A stretch of 64,000 nucleotides of DNA from Thermodesulfobacteriota bacterium (GTDB lineage Bacteria > Desulfobacterota_D > UBA1144 > Nemesobacterales > Mycalebacteriaceae): positions 33,533 through 97,532 of the forward strand of contig CBDAQI010000010.1 of NCBI GenBank assembly GCA_965198945.1. The letters run 5' to 3'. The notes under the pieces were generated by a model. It did not search any database. It had not been told where the DNA came from and saw only the letters and a list, made by a program, of their open reading frames with translations. The position numbers and the translations under genes are program-made. Below, piece by piece: positions 19,744 through 30,152 of this stretch; position 1 is the first letter of the stretch; each line of letters starts with the position of its first letter.

Positions 19744-19893
19744 CTACTTATTTCTGCGCTTTTTGCTTTTCCTGTTTGCAGATTTGTCGGAGTTTGCTGA
19801 ATCGGTTTTCTTTTTAGGGGACTTCACAATCGCCTTTCCTACATCTTCAATAGATGCATTTATCGGTTCAATGAGCCTTGGTTTACGAGGCAC
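19744..19893 (-). CDS. Small basic protein at the IS1595 transposase 3' end (49 aa)
   Basis: GGAG then GTG; PRKPRLIEPINASIEDVGKA; homologous frame KPKLIEPINATLEDVAKA ends at 29441 in the second element. Confidence 0.5.
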   Translation of the reverse strand: MPRKPRLIEPINASIEDVGKAIVKSPKKKTDSANSDKSANRKSKKRRNK

Positions 19894-20034
19894 AGGTCAA
19901 CTCCTTGTATTTCAGGCGTTTGCCTTCGGTATTCGCTATAATCTTCGCCAGTTGGTTGATTGTGTCAAGCGACTGCAGGTTGTGCCTTCCGGCAAACTCA
20001 TCCACATACCTCTGCAAATGCTTGTTGCTGAATT

Positions 20035-21000
20035 AAGGCCGCATTTGCCAGAGCTTTTGTAGAAGAAGCCTACAGGCAATACAGGGCGATTGATGCCGCC
20101 GCTGACCCCGCTACCCCCCCCCAACCCGCTTATGGCTCAGGTGCAGGCCGCAAACGTTGCTGACTGGACGGTCATCACCGGCAGAGTTGAGTCAGGACTC
20201 GAAACAGCCGGACAACAAATTAGATTTGCAAGTTTAACCGGGGTTGGTGCTAACCCGGCAGATGCTGATGGAGCCTTAGATTTGTTCACAGACGCAAATC
20301 TGAGGGCAGATGCTAGCGATGATAATGATGCCTCCAGAGTTAAAGAAGCAATTATTGCGGCTTATGGAACAGCGAATGTAGGGGGGGGGTTATCGCGGAC
20401 GATGCCAATGAAGGTCAAGTCCGAACGGCCCTTAATGATGGTGGTTTTACCGATGAGGAGAAAGCAGAGTTTACCAAACAGTTTATGATTGAATATTTCC
20501 GCCAGTTAGGCGCTTCTGACACCGTTGTGTTGACTGAAGCACAGACGAGTCTCATAACATCCGTTAATACTGCAAATCCAGATGGCACAGCAGTAACTAC
20601 GATTCCGACGGGAAGACCCGTTCTGGCAAGTGTTTTCCCTTCAGTTGCCACTACGGCAACGGCTCTCCCCGCTGGTAGTGTTCAAGTAAGCAATCTGGAC
20701 AAGAGCCCGACACTGTTTCATATAACGGTTCCGGTTTATGCGGTTGCGAATTTCAGTTCTGAAACGCTGACCGGTAACCTCGGAGTGGGGACGGGCATTA
20801 TGTTCTACGATGTCGGAGACAAAGTGAACGGCGGAGCCGCCTGGCCGATTCTTGTGAAGGCGGGGCTGGAATATCCTCTCAGAGACAACATGAACATAGG
20901 AGGGGACTTGAGGTTCCACTATGCACTCACAAGCCCGAGCGGAGTTGACTCCATCTGGGGCGTCAGAGCGGGTGTGAAGCTCACCTACTTCTTCCAGTAG
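20035..21000 (+). pseudogene. 5'-truncated paralogue of the OMP at 16839-18521, with frameshifts at C9 and G9 runs
   Basis: C-terminal VQVSNLDKSPTLFH...TYFFQ closely matches; LDLFTDANL..RVKEAIIAAY aligns with LNLFTDAKL..RIRDAVIAAY; C9 at 20114-20122, G9 at 20381-20389. Confidence 0.85.
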
Positions 21001-21024
21001 AAGAAACGAAAACTCGCAAATGAT

Positions 21025-21063
21025 AAAAAGCGGAAGAGACTCTTTTAGCCTCTTCCGCTTTTT
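21025..21063 (+). terminator. Intrinsic terminator after the OMP paralogue
   Basis: aaaaagcggaagag...ctcttccgcttttt. Confidence 0.78.
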
Positions 21064-21341
21064 GTTTTGACAGGTCGGAACTTGTTGCAGAAGGAACCGG
21101 CTGCCGGACTGGCAAAAACCCGGGCGGAACTGATTTCAACCGGAAACCGGCGCGGCACTGGGTTTCATATTTTAATCTTGACAGATAACTGTTTTACCGT
21201 AGAATTATGGCGATAGGGAAAGCTTCCTGTTCTGTTTCTCTCCCTCCCGGGGAGAAAAGAAGTGGTTTCAGCAAGGTCTTTTGAGGGTTTTTCCCGGTTC
21301 ATGCATTTTGCACTTAATAACTTTCTTATCAGTTTCTCTTT

Positions 21342-22661
21342 ATGTCTAAAAATCAGCAACAGACTATAGAAACCTCACGCAAGGGTAATGGTTCTTCGGG
21401 CGCCGAGGTTTTGAGTTTGGAAATTCTAAGAAAAAAATCCAACAGCGAGTTGACCAAACTTGCCTCGGACGCCGGTATTGAAGACACGAGCGTTTTGTCG
21501 CGCCAGGACATGATTTATTCAATAATGCGGGCCAAAGGCGGGAGCGGAGACGGTTCCATTCAAACCGAAGGGGTTCTTGAAATACTTTCGGAAGGATACG
21601 GATTTTTAAGGTCTCCGGCAAACAGCTACCTGTTCGGTCCCGACGATGTTTATGTTTCAAGGTCACAGATTCGCTCGGTAAGCCTGAAAACCGGAGATAC
21701 GGTCAGCGGAAAGGTTCGCCTTCCGAGAGACGGAGAGAAAAATCTCGCACTTTTGAAAATTGACTCTGTTAACGGTGAGCCCCCGGCAAAATGCAACGAA
21801 AGAATACCGTTTGAAAATCTCGTTCCGCTACACCCGGAGAAGCGTTTGGATCTTGAGTATGAGGCGAAAGAGTTCAGCACCAGAATTTTGAATCTTTTTG
21901 TCCCCATAGGACTCGGTCAGCGGGCAATGATTGTGGCGCCTCCGAGAACCGGGAAAACCATTCTTCTTCAGAGGATAGCGAACGGAATCACACAGAATCA
22001 TCCCGATGTCAAACTCATAGTTCTTCTCATAGACGAGCGTCCCGAAGAGGTTACCGATATGAAGCGGTCGGTTGTGGGAGAAGTTGTGAGTTCAACATTT
22101 GACGAGCCGCCCAAGCGTCACATTCAGGTCGCGGATATGGTTCTTGAAAAAGCAAAACGCTTTGTTGAACAGGGAAGAGACGTGGTGGTTCTTCTTGACA
22201 GTCTTACCCGTCTTGCGCGGGCGAGCAACACGGTAACTCCCGCGAGCGGCAGAGTTCTTTCAGGCGGAATTGAGGCAAACGCTCTTCAGAAACCGAAGCG
22301 GTTTTTCGGTGCGGCGAGAAACACCGAAGAGGGGGGAAGTCTCACAATCATCGCCACCGCTCTTATAGACACCGGCAGCAGAATGGACGAAGTGATTTTT
22401 GAAGAGTTCAAAGGCACGGGCAATATGGAATGTTATCTTGACAGAAAACTTGCCGACAGAAGAATTTTCCCGGCATTTGAACTTCAGCGTTCCGGCACAA
22501 GAAAAGAAGAGCTTCTTTTGACTGAAGAAGAGATGAACAGAGTCTGGCTCCTGCGCAGAGTGCTGAACCCGATGAACACCGTTGAGGCGATGGAGTTCCT
22601 TCTGGATAAAATGCGCGGCACCAAGAACAACAAAGAGTTTTTGAGCGGAATGAACCAGTAG
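21342..22661 (+). CDS. rho: Transcription termination factor Rho
   Basis: [33 protein letters not shown]. Confidence 0.98.
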   Translation: MSKNQQQTIETSRKGNGSSGAEVLSLEILRKKSNSELTKLASDAGIEDTSVLSRQDMIYSIMRAKGGSGDGSIQTEGVLEILSEGYGFLRSPANSYLFGPDDVYVSRSQIRSVSLKTGDTVSGKVRLPRDGEKNLALLKIDSVNGEPPAKCNERIPFENLVPLHPEKRLDLEYEAKEFSTRILNLFVPIGLGQRAMIVAPPRTGKTILLQRIANGITQNHPDVKLIVLLIDERPEEVTDMKRSVVGEVVSSTFDEPPKRHIQVADMVLEKAKRFVEQGRDVVVLLDSLTRLARASNTVTPASGRVLSGGIEANALQKPKRFFGAARNTEEGGSLTIIATALIDTGSRMDEVIFEEFKGTGNMECYLDRKLADRRIFPAFELQRSGTRKEELLLTEEEMNRVWLLRRVLNPMNTVEAMEFLLDKMRGTKNNKEFLSGMNQ

Positions 22662-22702
22662 CGGAATTTTCCCGCTTTCCACTTATTTGCCGGCGCGGCG
22701 CA

Positions 22703-23323
22703 ATGTATTATTTCCCCATGGAACTGCGGATAATTGTCGGCGCATACCTGATTATCTTTTTTGCCGTCATGACCTTTCTTATCAGAAAGGTTGGATCAAA
22801 TATCGGCGCTTGCCCCATAGTCCGCCATAAATCGGATAAAAATCCTCTCATGGCGTTTACCGAGCGTGCGGCTTCTCTTTCATTTTTTCTGCTTATTCTG
22901 AGCGCGGTTTTCTATGTTTTTGACTTCACACCCTTTTTTCTTTTTCACGAATTTTCCCTGCCTTATAAGTATGAAATAAGAATAGCGGGGGTTTTTCTCG
23001 CCGGTATTGCTCTGGTTCTTATTTCCACGGCGCTGCTTCAGATGCGCGATTCATGGCGTATGGGCATAGAAGACAGGTCTGATATGGAAACGGAACTGGT
23101 CAGCCGGGGGCTGTTCAGGTTTTTCCGCCATCCGGTTTATCAGTTTGCCATTGTTCTGGGGGTTTCAATTTTTTTCACGGATCCTCATCCTGTGTCTCTT
23201 CTGAGTGTTACGGTTTACTATGTGGTGCTTTCGGTTCAGGCGCGCATGGAAGAGGAGTTTCTGCTGCGCAAGTGGGGAGAACGCTACCGGGATTTTATGA
23301 GCAGCCGCTCAACATGGTTTTAG
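22703..23323 (+). CDS. Isoprenylcysteine carboxyl methyltransferase family membrane protein
   Basis: GLFRFFRHPVY, RMEEEFL, GERYRDF. Confidence 0.85.
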   Translation: MYYFPMELRIIVGAYLIIFFAVMTFLIRKVGSNIGACPIVRHKSDKNPLMAFTERAASLSFFLLILSAVFYVFDFTPFFLFHEFSLPYKYEIRIAGVFLAGIALVLISTALLQMRDSWRMGIEDRSDMETELVSRGLFRFFRHPVYQFAIVLGVSIFFTDPHPVSLLSVTVYYVVLSVQARMEEEFLLRKWGERYRDFMSSRSTWF

Positions 23324-23361
23324 CGGAGTAGTGTGTAAGGGATTCAAAATCAAATTTTTCT

Positions 23362-23670
23362 TCATCCGGCTTCAACATCAACAAAAATTTCTCCGTTTTC
23401 CACTTTGACTTCAAAAATCTCTATCGGTTCGGTCGCGGGCATGCAGAGAGCTTCACCGGTTTTTACATTAAACTCCGCCCCGTGATAGGCGCAGGTGATG
23501 ACTTCTCCGTCCAGTTCCCCGTCTGAAAGCGGCAGTTCCTGGTGCTTGCACCGGTCTCGGAACGCACAGAACACTCCATCAACATTACAGACGGCCACTT
23601 CATCAAAACCGACCATGAAAGACTTAATTTCTCCGGGAGCTATTTCGGAGATATTGGCGATTTTTTTCAT
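23362..23670 (-). CDS. Rieske-type ferredoxin
   Basis: CKH...C AYH Rieske motifs; likely start ATG 23670 just after sufD. Confidence 0.9.
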   Translation of the reverse strand: MKKIANISEIAPGEIKSFMVGFDEVAVCNVDGVFCAFRDRCKHQELPLSDGELDGEVITCAYHGAEFNVKTGEALCMPATEPIEIFEVKVENGEIFVDVEAG

Positions 23671-23674
23671 CTTT

Positions 23675-25000
23675 TCATTTTCCGAGCGCGGCGGCAAACC
23701 AGCTTTCGGACTCTTTTTCAAGAAAACCGCGAATCGGTTCCACGGTCATCTGCGCTATGCTTTCGCGCGTGAAACCTCTTAAAATGACCGACCGCGCATC
23801 GCTTTCGTGTATTCCCCTTGAGCGTAGATAAAAAACGGCGTCTTCATCCATTTGCCCGATTGTGGCCCCGTGCGTGCATTTGACATCGTCATTATAGATT
23901 TCAAGCTGCGGTTTTGTGTCTATGCGCGCCGTGTCGGAAAGCAGAAGATTGCGGTTAGTCTGTTTCGCGTCCGTTTTGACCGCCCCCTCGTGAACTACGA
24001 TTCTTCCGTGAAAAACACCCCGGCCTTTTTCATTCAGAACACCGTTGAAAATCTGCCGGCTGTCGCAGTGGGGCGCCGCGTGCTCAACCTTCATGAAATT
24101 GTCCATATGCTGGCGTCCGGTCGGCATGAAAAGACCGTTCACAAGACAGTTGGCCCCGCTTCCGGAGAGTTTCGGATGCACGTTGTTTCTCACAATCGCG
24201 CCGCCGGAAAGAACCGAATGAGACAGTGTGTTTGAATCTTTGCCCTGAAGCAGATTAAGGGTTGAGATGTTGACGCCGTCTCTGTCTTCAAATTCAAGAG
24301 TGTAGTGTTCAACTGTGCCGGCGGCCCCAACGGACACTTCGGTCAGGGTGTTTGAAAGAAAACCGCCTCCCCCGACTGATATATAATGCTCAATAACTTT
24401 GGCCTTGCAGCCGTCTTCCGCAATTATCAGATTTCTCGGACTGTTTATCAGCGCAGCCCCGTTGCAGACAGACGCGTAAACAACGTAAACCGGGGTCCGC
24501 TCTTCCGTGCCTCCGGAGATATGCACAAAAGCCCCGTCCTCAAAAAGCGCGGTGTTCAAAGCGGTGAAAAACTCTTTTTCGCAGTCGGAAAGTTTTCCGA
24601 AATGTTCCCGCACTTTCTCCTTATAAGTTTTTGCGGCTTCTGAGAGCGGCAGAACAACAAGGTTTTCAGATTCTTGAGGATTTGAAAGCGCGGGCTCATA
24701 AACACCGTTTACAAACACAAGTGTGGGAGCGCCGAGCCCCTCCACCAGGCGGCCTGAGATGTCGCGCCCGCTTATCTCGGTTTTTCCGGCAAGGCCGTAT
24801 GACGAAGCCGCCACACCCTTCAGGCTGGTAAATCTCCAGTCTTCATGCATTACGGTGGGAAACTCAATTTGCGCAACCGAGAGCGCGGCTTTTTCTTTTA
24901 TTTCGTCAAGAAAGGAAACGCCTGTTTTCGGGGCGTTTTCACAAAGAGCCGCGAGCCCCTCAGCTTTTTTTATAACTTTTGATGACATTTGTTTGTTCAC
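23675..25000 (-). CDS. sufD: Fe-S cluster assembly protein SufD
   Basis: EDWRFT, KPQLEIYNDDVKCTHGAT. Confidence 0.95.
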   Translation of the reverse strand: MNKQMSSKVIKKAEGLAALCENAPKTGVSFLDEIKEKAALSVAQIEFPTVMHEDWRFTSLKGVAASSYGLAGKTEISGRDISGRLVEGLGAPTLVFVNGVYEPALSNPQESENLVVLPLSEAAKTYKEKVREHFGKLSDCEKEFFTALNTALFEDGAFVHISGGTEERTPVYVVYASVCNGAALINSPRNLIIAEDGCKAKVIEHYISVGGGGFLSNTLTEVSVGAAGTVEHYTLEFEDRDGVNISTLNLLQGKDSNTLSHSVLSGGAIVRNNVHPKLSGSGANCLVNGLFMPTGRQHMDNFMKVEHAAPHCDSRQIFNGVLNEKGRGVFHGRIVVHEGAVKTDAKQTNRNLLLSDTARIDTKPQLEIYNDDVKCTHGATIGQMDEDAVFYLRSRGIHESDARSVILRGFTRESIAQMTVEPIRGFLEKESESWFAAALGK

Positions 25001-25747
25001 CTATGCGGATTTTTCAATCCACCCGTAGCCCCTGCTTTCAAGCTCTAAAGCGAGTTCCCTGCCTCCGGATTTAACTATTTTCCCCTCCGCCATAACATGG
25101 ACAAAATCGGGCACGATGTATTCAAGAAGACGCTGGTAATGGGTTATGATTATAAAAGATCTGTCTTTTGACCTCATGGAATTGACGCCTTCGGCGACTA
25201 TTTTGAGCGCATCAATGTCAAGACCGGAATCAGTCTCGTCCAATATGGCGAGTTTCGGTTCAAGGATTTGCATCTGAAAAATTTCGTTTCTCTTTTTCTC
25301 GCCGCCCGAAAACCCTTCGTTTACGGGCCGTGAAAGAAAAGAGCTGTCTATTCCGAGATCTTTCATTTTTTCCGCGGCGAGTTTTGAAAACTCCACATGC
25401 TTTACCGGCTCCATACCCTTGTATTTTCTTATGGAATTGAGCCCCTCCCTCAGCAGGTAGGCGTTTGAAACCCCGGGTATTTCAATGGGATATTGAAACG
25501 CCATGAAAACCCCTTCGGCCGCACGTTCTTCGGGTTCCATGTCAAGAAGGTCTTTCCCTTCAAGTTCAACCGCTCCGTCAGTCACTTGATATGCGTCTTT
25601 TCCGGCGAGAACCTGTGAAAGAGTGCTTTTCCCCGAACCGTTGGGGCCCATTATTGAATGAACCTCCCCCTCTCCCACTTTCAGGTTGAGCCCTTTGAGT
25701 ATTTCCCTGCCGTCAACGCCGGCGCGCAGATTTTTTATTTCAAGCAT
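25001..25747 (-). CDS. sufC: Fe-S cluster assembly ATPase SufC
   Basis: GPNGSGKST, NEGFSGGEKKR, LDETDSGLDID. Confidence 0.97.
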   Translation of the reverse strand: MLEIKNLRAGVDGREILKGLNLKVGEGEVHSIMGPNGSGKSTLSQVLAGKDAYQVTDGAVELEGKDLLDMEPEERAAEGVFMAFQYPIEIPGVSNAYLLREGLNSIRKYKGMEPVKHVEFSKLAAEKMKDLGIDSSFLSRPVNEGFSGGEKKRNEIFQMQILEPKLAILDETDSGLDIDALKIVAEGVNSMRSKDRSFIIITHYQRLLEYIVPDFVHVMAEGKIVKSGGRELALELESRGYGWIEKSA

Positions 25748-25792
25748 TTTTTTCTCCCGCGAAATGTGTTTTGTGTTCTCGCGCCGTGAGGT

Positions 25793-27244
25793 TTATCCGA
25801 CGCTGCCCTCAAGGCTTACACTGAGAAGTTTTTCCGCCTCAACCGCAAACTCAAAAGGCAGTTCCTTGAAAACTTCCTTGCAGAATCCGTTAACAATCAG
25901 TGAAACGGCGTCTTCGGCGGAAAGCCCCCTTTGCTGACAGTAGAATATCTGGTCTTCCCCGATTTTTGAAGTTGACGCCTCATGCTCCATTTGAGCGGTT
26001 GCGTTGTTCACCTCAATATATGGAAATGTGTGAGCTCCGCAATGGTCTCCTATCAGCATTGAATCGCACTGTGTGTAGTTGCGTGAGTTTTCAGCCGGCT
26101 TCCCGATATTTACAAGGCCTCTGTATGTGTTCTGCCCCTTGCCCGCGCTTATGCCTTTTGAAACTATTGTGCTGCTTGTATTTTTGCCGACATGCACCAT
26201 TTTTGTTCCGGTGTCGGCCTGCTGCATTCCGTTTGTCAGCGCGACCGAATAAAATTCTCCGACCGAGTTGTCTCCCTCAAGTATGCACCCCGGATACTTC
26301 CAGGTAATGGCGGAGCCGGTTTCCACCTGAGTCCAAGATATGCGCGAACCCGCTCCCGCACACCTTCCGCGCTTTGTAACAAAGTTGTAGATTCCGCCTT
26401 TGCCCTCGCTGTCTCCGGGATACCAGTTTTGAATGGTTGAGTATTTAATTGTGGCATCCTCAAGAGCCACAAGCTCAACGACCGCCGCATGAAGCTGGTT
26501 TTCGTCCCTCATGGGAGCCGTACAGCCCTCAAGATAACTCACATAACTTCCCTTTTCGGCGATTATTAGAGTTCTTTCAAACTGACCGGTGTTCTCCGCG
26601 TTGATTCTGAAATATGTGGACAGCTCCATCGGGCAGCGCACACCTTCGGGAACATAGACGAAAGAGCCGTCTGTGAATACTGCCGAATTCAGGGCGGCGA
26701 AAAAGTTGTCCGAATGCGGAACAACCGAGCCCATGTATTTTTTCACAAGATCGGGATGCTCACGAACGGCTTCGGAAATTGAACAGAATATGACCCCTTC
26801 GGCGGCGAGTTTTTCCTTGAAAGTGGTTACAAGCGAAACACTGTCAAAAACCGCGTCCACCGCCACGGCTTCACTCTGCACCCCCGCGAGCATCTTCTGC
26901 TCTTCAAGCGGTATGCCGAGCTTTTCATATGTTTTTCTTATCTCGGGGTCTATGTCATCAAGACTTTTCGGGCGCTCTCCGTTTTTGGGCGCTGCGTAGT
27001 AGATTATTTCGTTATAGTCTATGGGCGGGTATTTTACATTTGCCCACTTCGGTTCTTTCATTCCGAGCCAGTGTTTGTATGCCTTCAGCCTCCATTGAAG
27101 CATCCAGTCCGGCTCTTCCTTTTTTGTTGAGATAAAGCGGATTACATCTTCACTGAGGCCTTTCGGCGCGACATCCTGTTCCACATCGGTTGAAAAACCG
27201 TATTTGTATTCCCGCCGGGCGAGTTCCTCAAAGTCAATGCTCAC
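25793..27244 (-). CDS. sufB: Fe-S cluster assembly protein SufB
   Basis: [29 protein letters not shown]; likely GTG start at 27244. Confidence 0.97.
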   Translation of the reverse strand: MSIDFEELARREYKYGFSTDVEQDVAPKGLSEDVIRFISTKKEEPDWMLQWRLKAYKHWLGMKEPKWANVKYPPIDYNEIIYYAAPKNGERPKSLDDIDPEIRKTYEKLGIPLEEQKMLAGVQSEAVAVDAVFDSVSLVTTFKEKLAAEGVIFCSISEAVREHPDLVKKYMGSVVPHSDNFFAALNSAVFTDGSFVYVPEGVRCPMELSTYFRINAENTGQFERTLIIAEKGSYVSYLEGCTAPMRDENQLHAAVVELVALEDATIKYSTIQNWYPGDSEGKGGIYNFVTKRGRCAGAGSRISWTQVETGSAITWKYPGCILEGDNSVGEFYSVALTNGMQQADTGTKMVHVGKNTSSTIVSKGISAGKGQNTYRGLVNIGKPAENSRNYTQCDSMLIGDHCGAHTFPYIEVNNATAQMEHEASTSKIGEDQIFYCQQRGLSAEDAVSLIVNGFCKEVFKELPFEFAVEAEKLLSVSLEGSVG

Positions 27245-27650
27245 TGAGGTCCCCTTCCTTGGACAAACTCTCAAGGCTTATTTTTTCAAGGGTTCTTATC
27301 ATGGTTGTCTGCAGTTTGTCCCAGACTGGAAATTGCGTACAATTTTCATAAAGCGCACAGGGGCCGTCCTCATTTATACAGTCAACTATTTGTATGTCTC
27401 CCTCAATTGCCTCATATACATGTCTGAGATTCAGCGCGGAAGGTTTTTTTGCGAGCATGTATCCGCCCGAGGGACCGCGTCCCGAAATTACTATCCTCCT
27501 TTTTACAAGCCGCCCCATTATCTTGGCCAGATATTTGTGCGGTATGTGCTGGTGATCGGAAATTTCTTTCATTCCGCACCTTCTTCCCTGGTTGTTGCTC
27601 ATATATGTCAATGAGCGTACGGCATAATCAAGAGCTTTACTTATCTGCAT
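27234..27650 (-). CDS. Rrf2/IscR-family transcriptional regulator
   Basis: DYAVRSL, RGPSGGY, three Cys (DC..PC..NC) as candidate Fe-S ligands; heads the suf operon. Confidence 0.9.
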   Translation of the reverse strand: MQISKALDYAVRSLTYMSNNQGRRCGMKEISDHQHIPHKYLAKIMGRLVKRRIVISGRGPSGGYMLAKKPSALNLRHVYEAIEGDIQIVDCINEDGPCALYENCTQFPVWDKLQTTMIRTLEKISLESLSKEGDLSEH

Positions 27651-27704
27651 AAATGAGTTCCTCTGTTTGTCATTAACATTTTTTTAAAGAATTAGACTCG
27701 TAGC

Positions 27705-28652
27705 TTAACAGGAAAAATCCATTTTTTCAACTAACTCCCGCGCCAGACCCTCAGCTCTTTGCGGGCTTGAAATTATCGTATCGGTAACAAGAGTCTCAAT
27801 TCCCAGGGACTCTATTTTTTTTGCTTCGGCACGGTCGTTCCGGTCTATCACCATCAGATTGAGAAAGTCGGAATACATCTTTGCAATCTGGAAGGAGGAA
27901 ACTTCAAGGCCCATGGCTTTCATGAGCCGGTCGGCGGGGCCTTTGAGGGGTTTGCCCCCCACAAGCGGACTTACGGCCGCGACAACGGCTTTTGATTTTC
28001 TCAAACATTCCCTCACTCCCGGCACTTCAAGTATGGGCCCTATGCTTATTACCGGGTTGCTCGGACAAAGCACTATCGCCCGGGCTGATTCAATTGCTCC
28101 GGCGACTCCGGGAGCGGGTGTTGCGGAATCAATTCCCTTGAAAGTGATTCCCGAAACCGCGGGCTGCATTTTTCTGCGGACGTAATACTCCTGGAAGTGC
28201 ATCTCTCCCGAATCGGTGTGCACCCATGTTTGAACCCCGCAATCTGTCATCGGTATTATTGCCGCCTTCTCAGCCACCCCGAAACGGCGCGCAATCTCCC
28301 TGACCGCGCCCGAAAGCGGCTCCCCGCCCTCCATCATTTCCGTTCTTATGATGTGTGTGGCAAGGTCGCGGTCACCTATTCTGAACCAGTTTTCCTTTCC
28401 GAGGGAGCCCGCCGCGTCAATAAAATTGAAAGTGTCCCCCTTTATTCCCCAGCCCTTTTTTTTGTCCGCGATTCCCGCAAGCCAGTAGATTACGGTGTCT
28501 ATGTCGGGCGATATGTGCAGACCGAAAAGTTTTATATCATCCGCGCTGTTGACTATGACGGAAAGTTTTCCGCAGTTGCGTCTGACAATTTCCGATGACA
28601 TGCCTTTGAGGAACTTCCCCGCTCCCACACCACCTCCGAGACAGGTAATCAT
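27705..28652 (-). CDS. cofD: 2-phospho-L-lactate transferase (F420 biosynthesis)
   Basis: LGGGVGAGKF, ISPDIDTV, IGDRDLATH, PSNPVISIGPIL. Confidence 0.93.
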   Translation of the reverse strand: MITCLGGGVGAGKFLKGMSSEIVRRNCGKLSVIVNSADDIKLFGLHISPDIDTVIYWLAGIADKKKGWGIKGDTFNFIDAAGSLGKENWFRIGDRDLATHIIRTEMMEGGEPLSGAVREIARRFGVAEKAAIIPMTDCGVQTWVHTDSGEMHFQEYYVRRKMQPAVSGITFKGIDSATPAPGVAGAIESARAIVLCPSNPVISIGPILEVPGVRECLRKSKAVVAAVSPLVGGKPLKGPADRLMKAMGLEVSSFQIAKMYSDFLNLMVIDRNDRAEAKKIESLGIETLVTDTIISSPQRAEGLARELVEKMDFSC

Positions 28653-28750
28653 CCACGAAAGCATATACAAAAAATGCCTTTGTTTGGGGCTTATATACCG
28701 TTTTAGGCAAACAGTAATTTGAACCGGTATTGATGGGCATATTGTTTTGT

Positions 28751-29355
28751 ATGTCTACCAAAAGAAAGAATATCAGTGTTTACGAGTTCATAAGCAGGGA
28801 CCCGGATGAGAAGGCGGTTGTTGTTTTCTTTGAATAAAGCCGGTGGGACAGGACCGGGCGTCATTGTCAGCATTGCGGCGGTTTACGGCCAACCAAAGCC
28901 AAGCGGCAGGATGCCGTTTCACTGCAAAGACTGTAGCAAGCATTTCAGTGTTCGCACGGGTTCCGTGTTTGCGGAGAGCAATCTGCCTCTCAATAAGTGT
29001 CTCATGGCGATTTATTCTCTCGCAACCAACCTTAAAGGGATGGCTACGCTGGCTTGAAAAAAGGTTTTAAGCATATGGCGGTCAGTCACTCTGTGAGTGA
29101 GTATATCAAGTGGTTCATACAAACGGGGTTGAACCCTTCTGGTCAATGCTCAAAAGCGGTTATGTCGGTGTTTATCATCAATTCAGCAATAAGCATTTGC
29201 ATAAATATGTGGATGAGTTCGCGGGCCGGCACAATCTGCGGACGCTTGGCACAATCAACCAACTGGCGAAGATTATAGCGAATACCGAAGGCAAACTCCT
29301 GAAATGCAGAGAGTTGATTTACGCTCCGACAAGCCAAAACTCATTGAACCGATAA
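28751..29355 (+). pseudogene. IS1595-family transposase remnant (stop codon, frameshifts, DDE core deleted)
   Basis: Zn ribbon CQHC..CKDC.KHFSVRTGSVF; C-terminal HTNGVEPFWSMLKSGYVGVYHQFSNKHL. Confidence 0.9.
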
Positions 29356-29685
29356 ATGCAACTCTTGAAGATGTGGCAAAGGCTGTGTTTCGGAATAAGA
29401 AGCTGAAGAAAAAAGACAGAGTAAGAAAGCCGCCCAATTAAAACGCGGAATCTTCATAAATTTTTCTTTGTATACGCCGGCCTGCTTGATAATCTCCAAC
29501 AATGTGCCGACAGGTATTGTTTCTGAGCGATAAGCAGTTAGTCTTTCAATAGCAACTCTACAGGCTTCCCGCAACATTTCAAAAGCATGATCTGCCGTAT
29601 CGCCACAACTGGCAACGCCAAAATCAAGACATTGAGAGAAATAATTTTCGCCCTCTTTCCATGAAACCGCTTTTGTTGTGTCCAT
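29341..29685 (-). pseudogene. HicB-like N-terminus fused to a HicA-like C-terminus (toxin-antitoxin remnant, passenger)
   Basis: WKEGENYFSQC..VASCGDT...A..MLREA (HicB-like) followed by ETIPVGTLLEIIKQAG (HicA-like). Confidence 0.6.
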
Positions 29686-30152
29686 TTCTCCTCTGTGTTT
29701 TCAAATTGCCGAATAATAGGGAACTTTTGCGGAACTAACAGTGCTTTTTGTCAAAAAGCTTTCCCATAACAGTAAAAAGAGTCCCCGATAGTTGTTTACC
29801 AAACTAATGAACGAAGGGTATGAAGTTCATTAAATATTGGGGACTCAAAATTCCAAGCATCAAATTAAGTTGCCAACCAAATCTCCTTGCATACCAGCGC
29901 GTGGGCGCCGGGCCTTGCCACTTACTCACTGAAAAGAGAAAGCCTGACTGTTTCCCTGTAAACAGAGTGTTGTATTGATCAGAGACCCGACAGACGGGTT
30001 TCCAGCGAATAAGTGGCGGGAAAACCATAACAGTAAACTTGTAAAATAATCAAGAAGGCGTCTAACAAAGTATATAAGTCTCCTTTATTTTGTTGGACTT
30101 TACGCTTTTTTGCTTATAAAATGAACAAGAGGTTGGGCTTGGCGGGGGTATT

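Larger units (their letters stand above)
18610..20034 (-). mobile_element. Truncated IS1595-family element with passenger genes (right end retained, left part deleted)
   Basis: TIR-like ggggcttataac at 18610; 19890-20034 matches the transposase 3' end at 29180-29330 (FSNKHL..YVDEFAGRHN); 18643-18768 matches 29894-30005 inverted. Confidence 0.82.
28686..30082 (+). mobile_element. Degenerate IS1595-family element with passenger
   Basis: 23-bp imperfect TIRs GGGGCTTATATACCGTTTTAGGC / GAGACTTATATACTTTGTTAGAC (17 of 23 match); flanks ctttgttt / ctttattt form an 8-bp TSD with one mismatch. Confidence 0.88.

Noticed and set aside
16839-21000. Diversity-generating retroelement TR/VR pair
   Set aside because: No reverse transcriptase in the window; differences are mostly synonymous and not adenine-specific.
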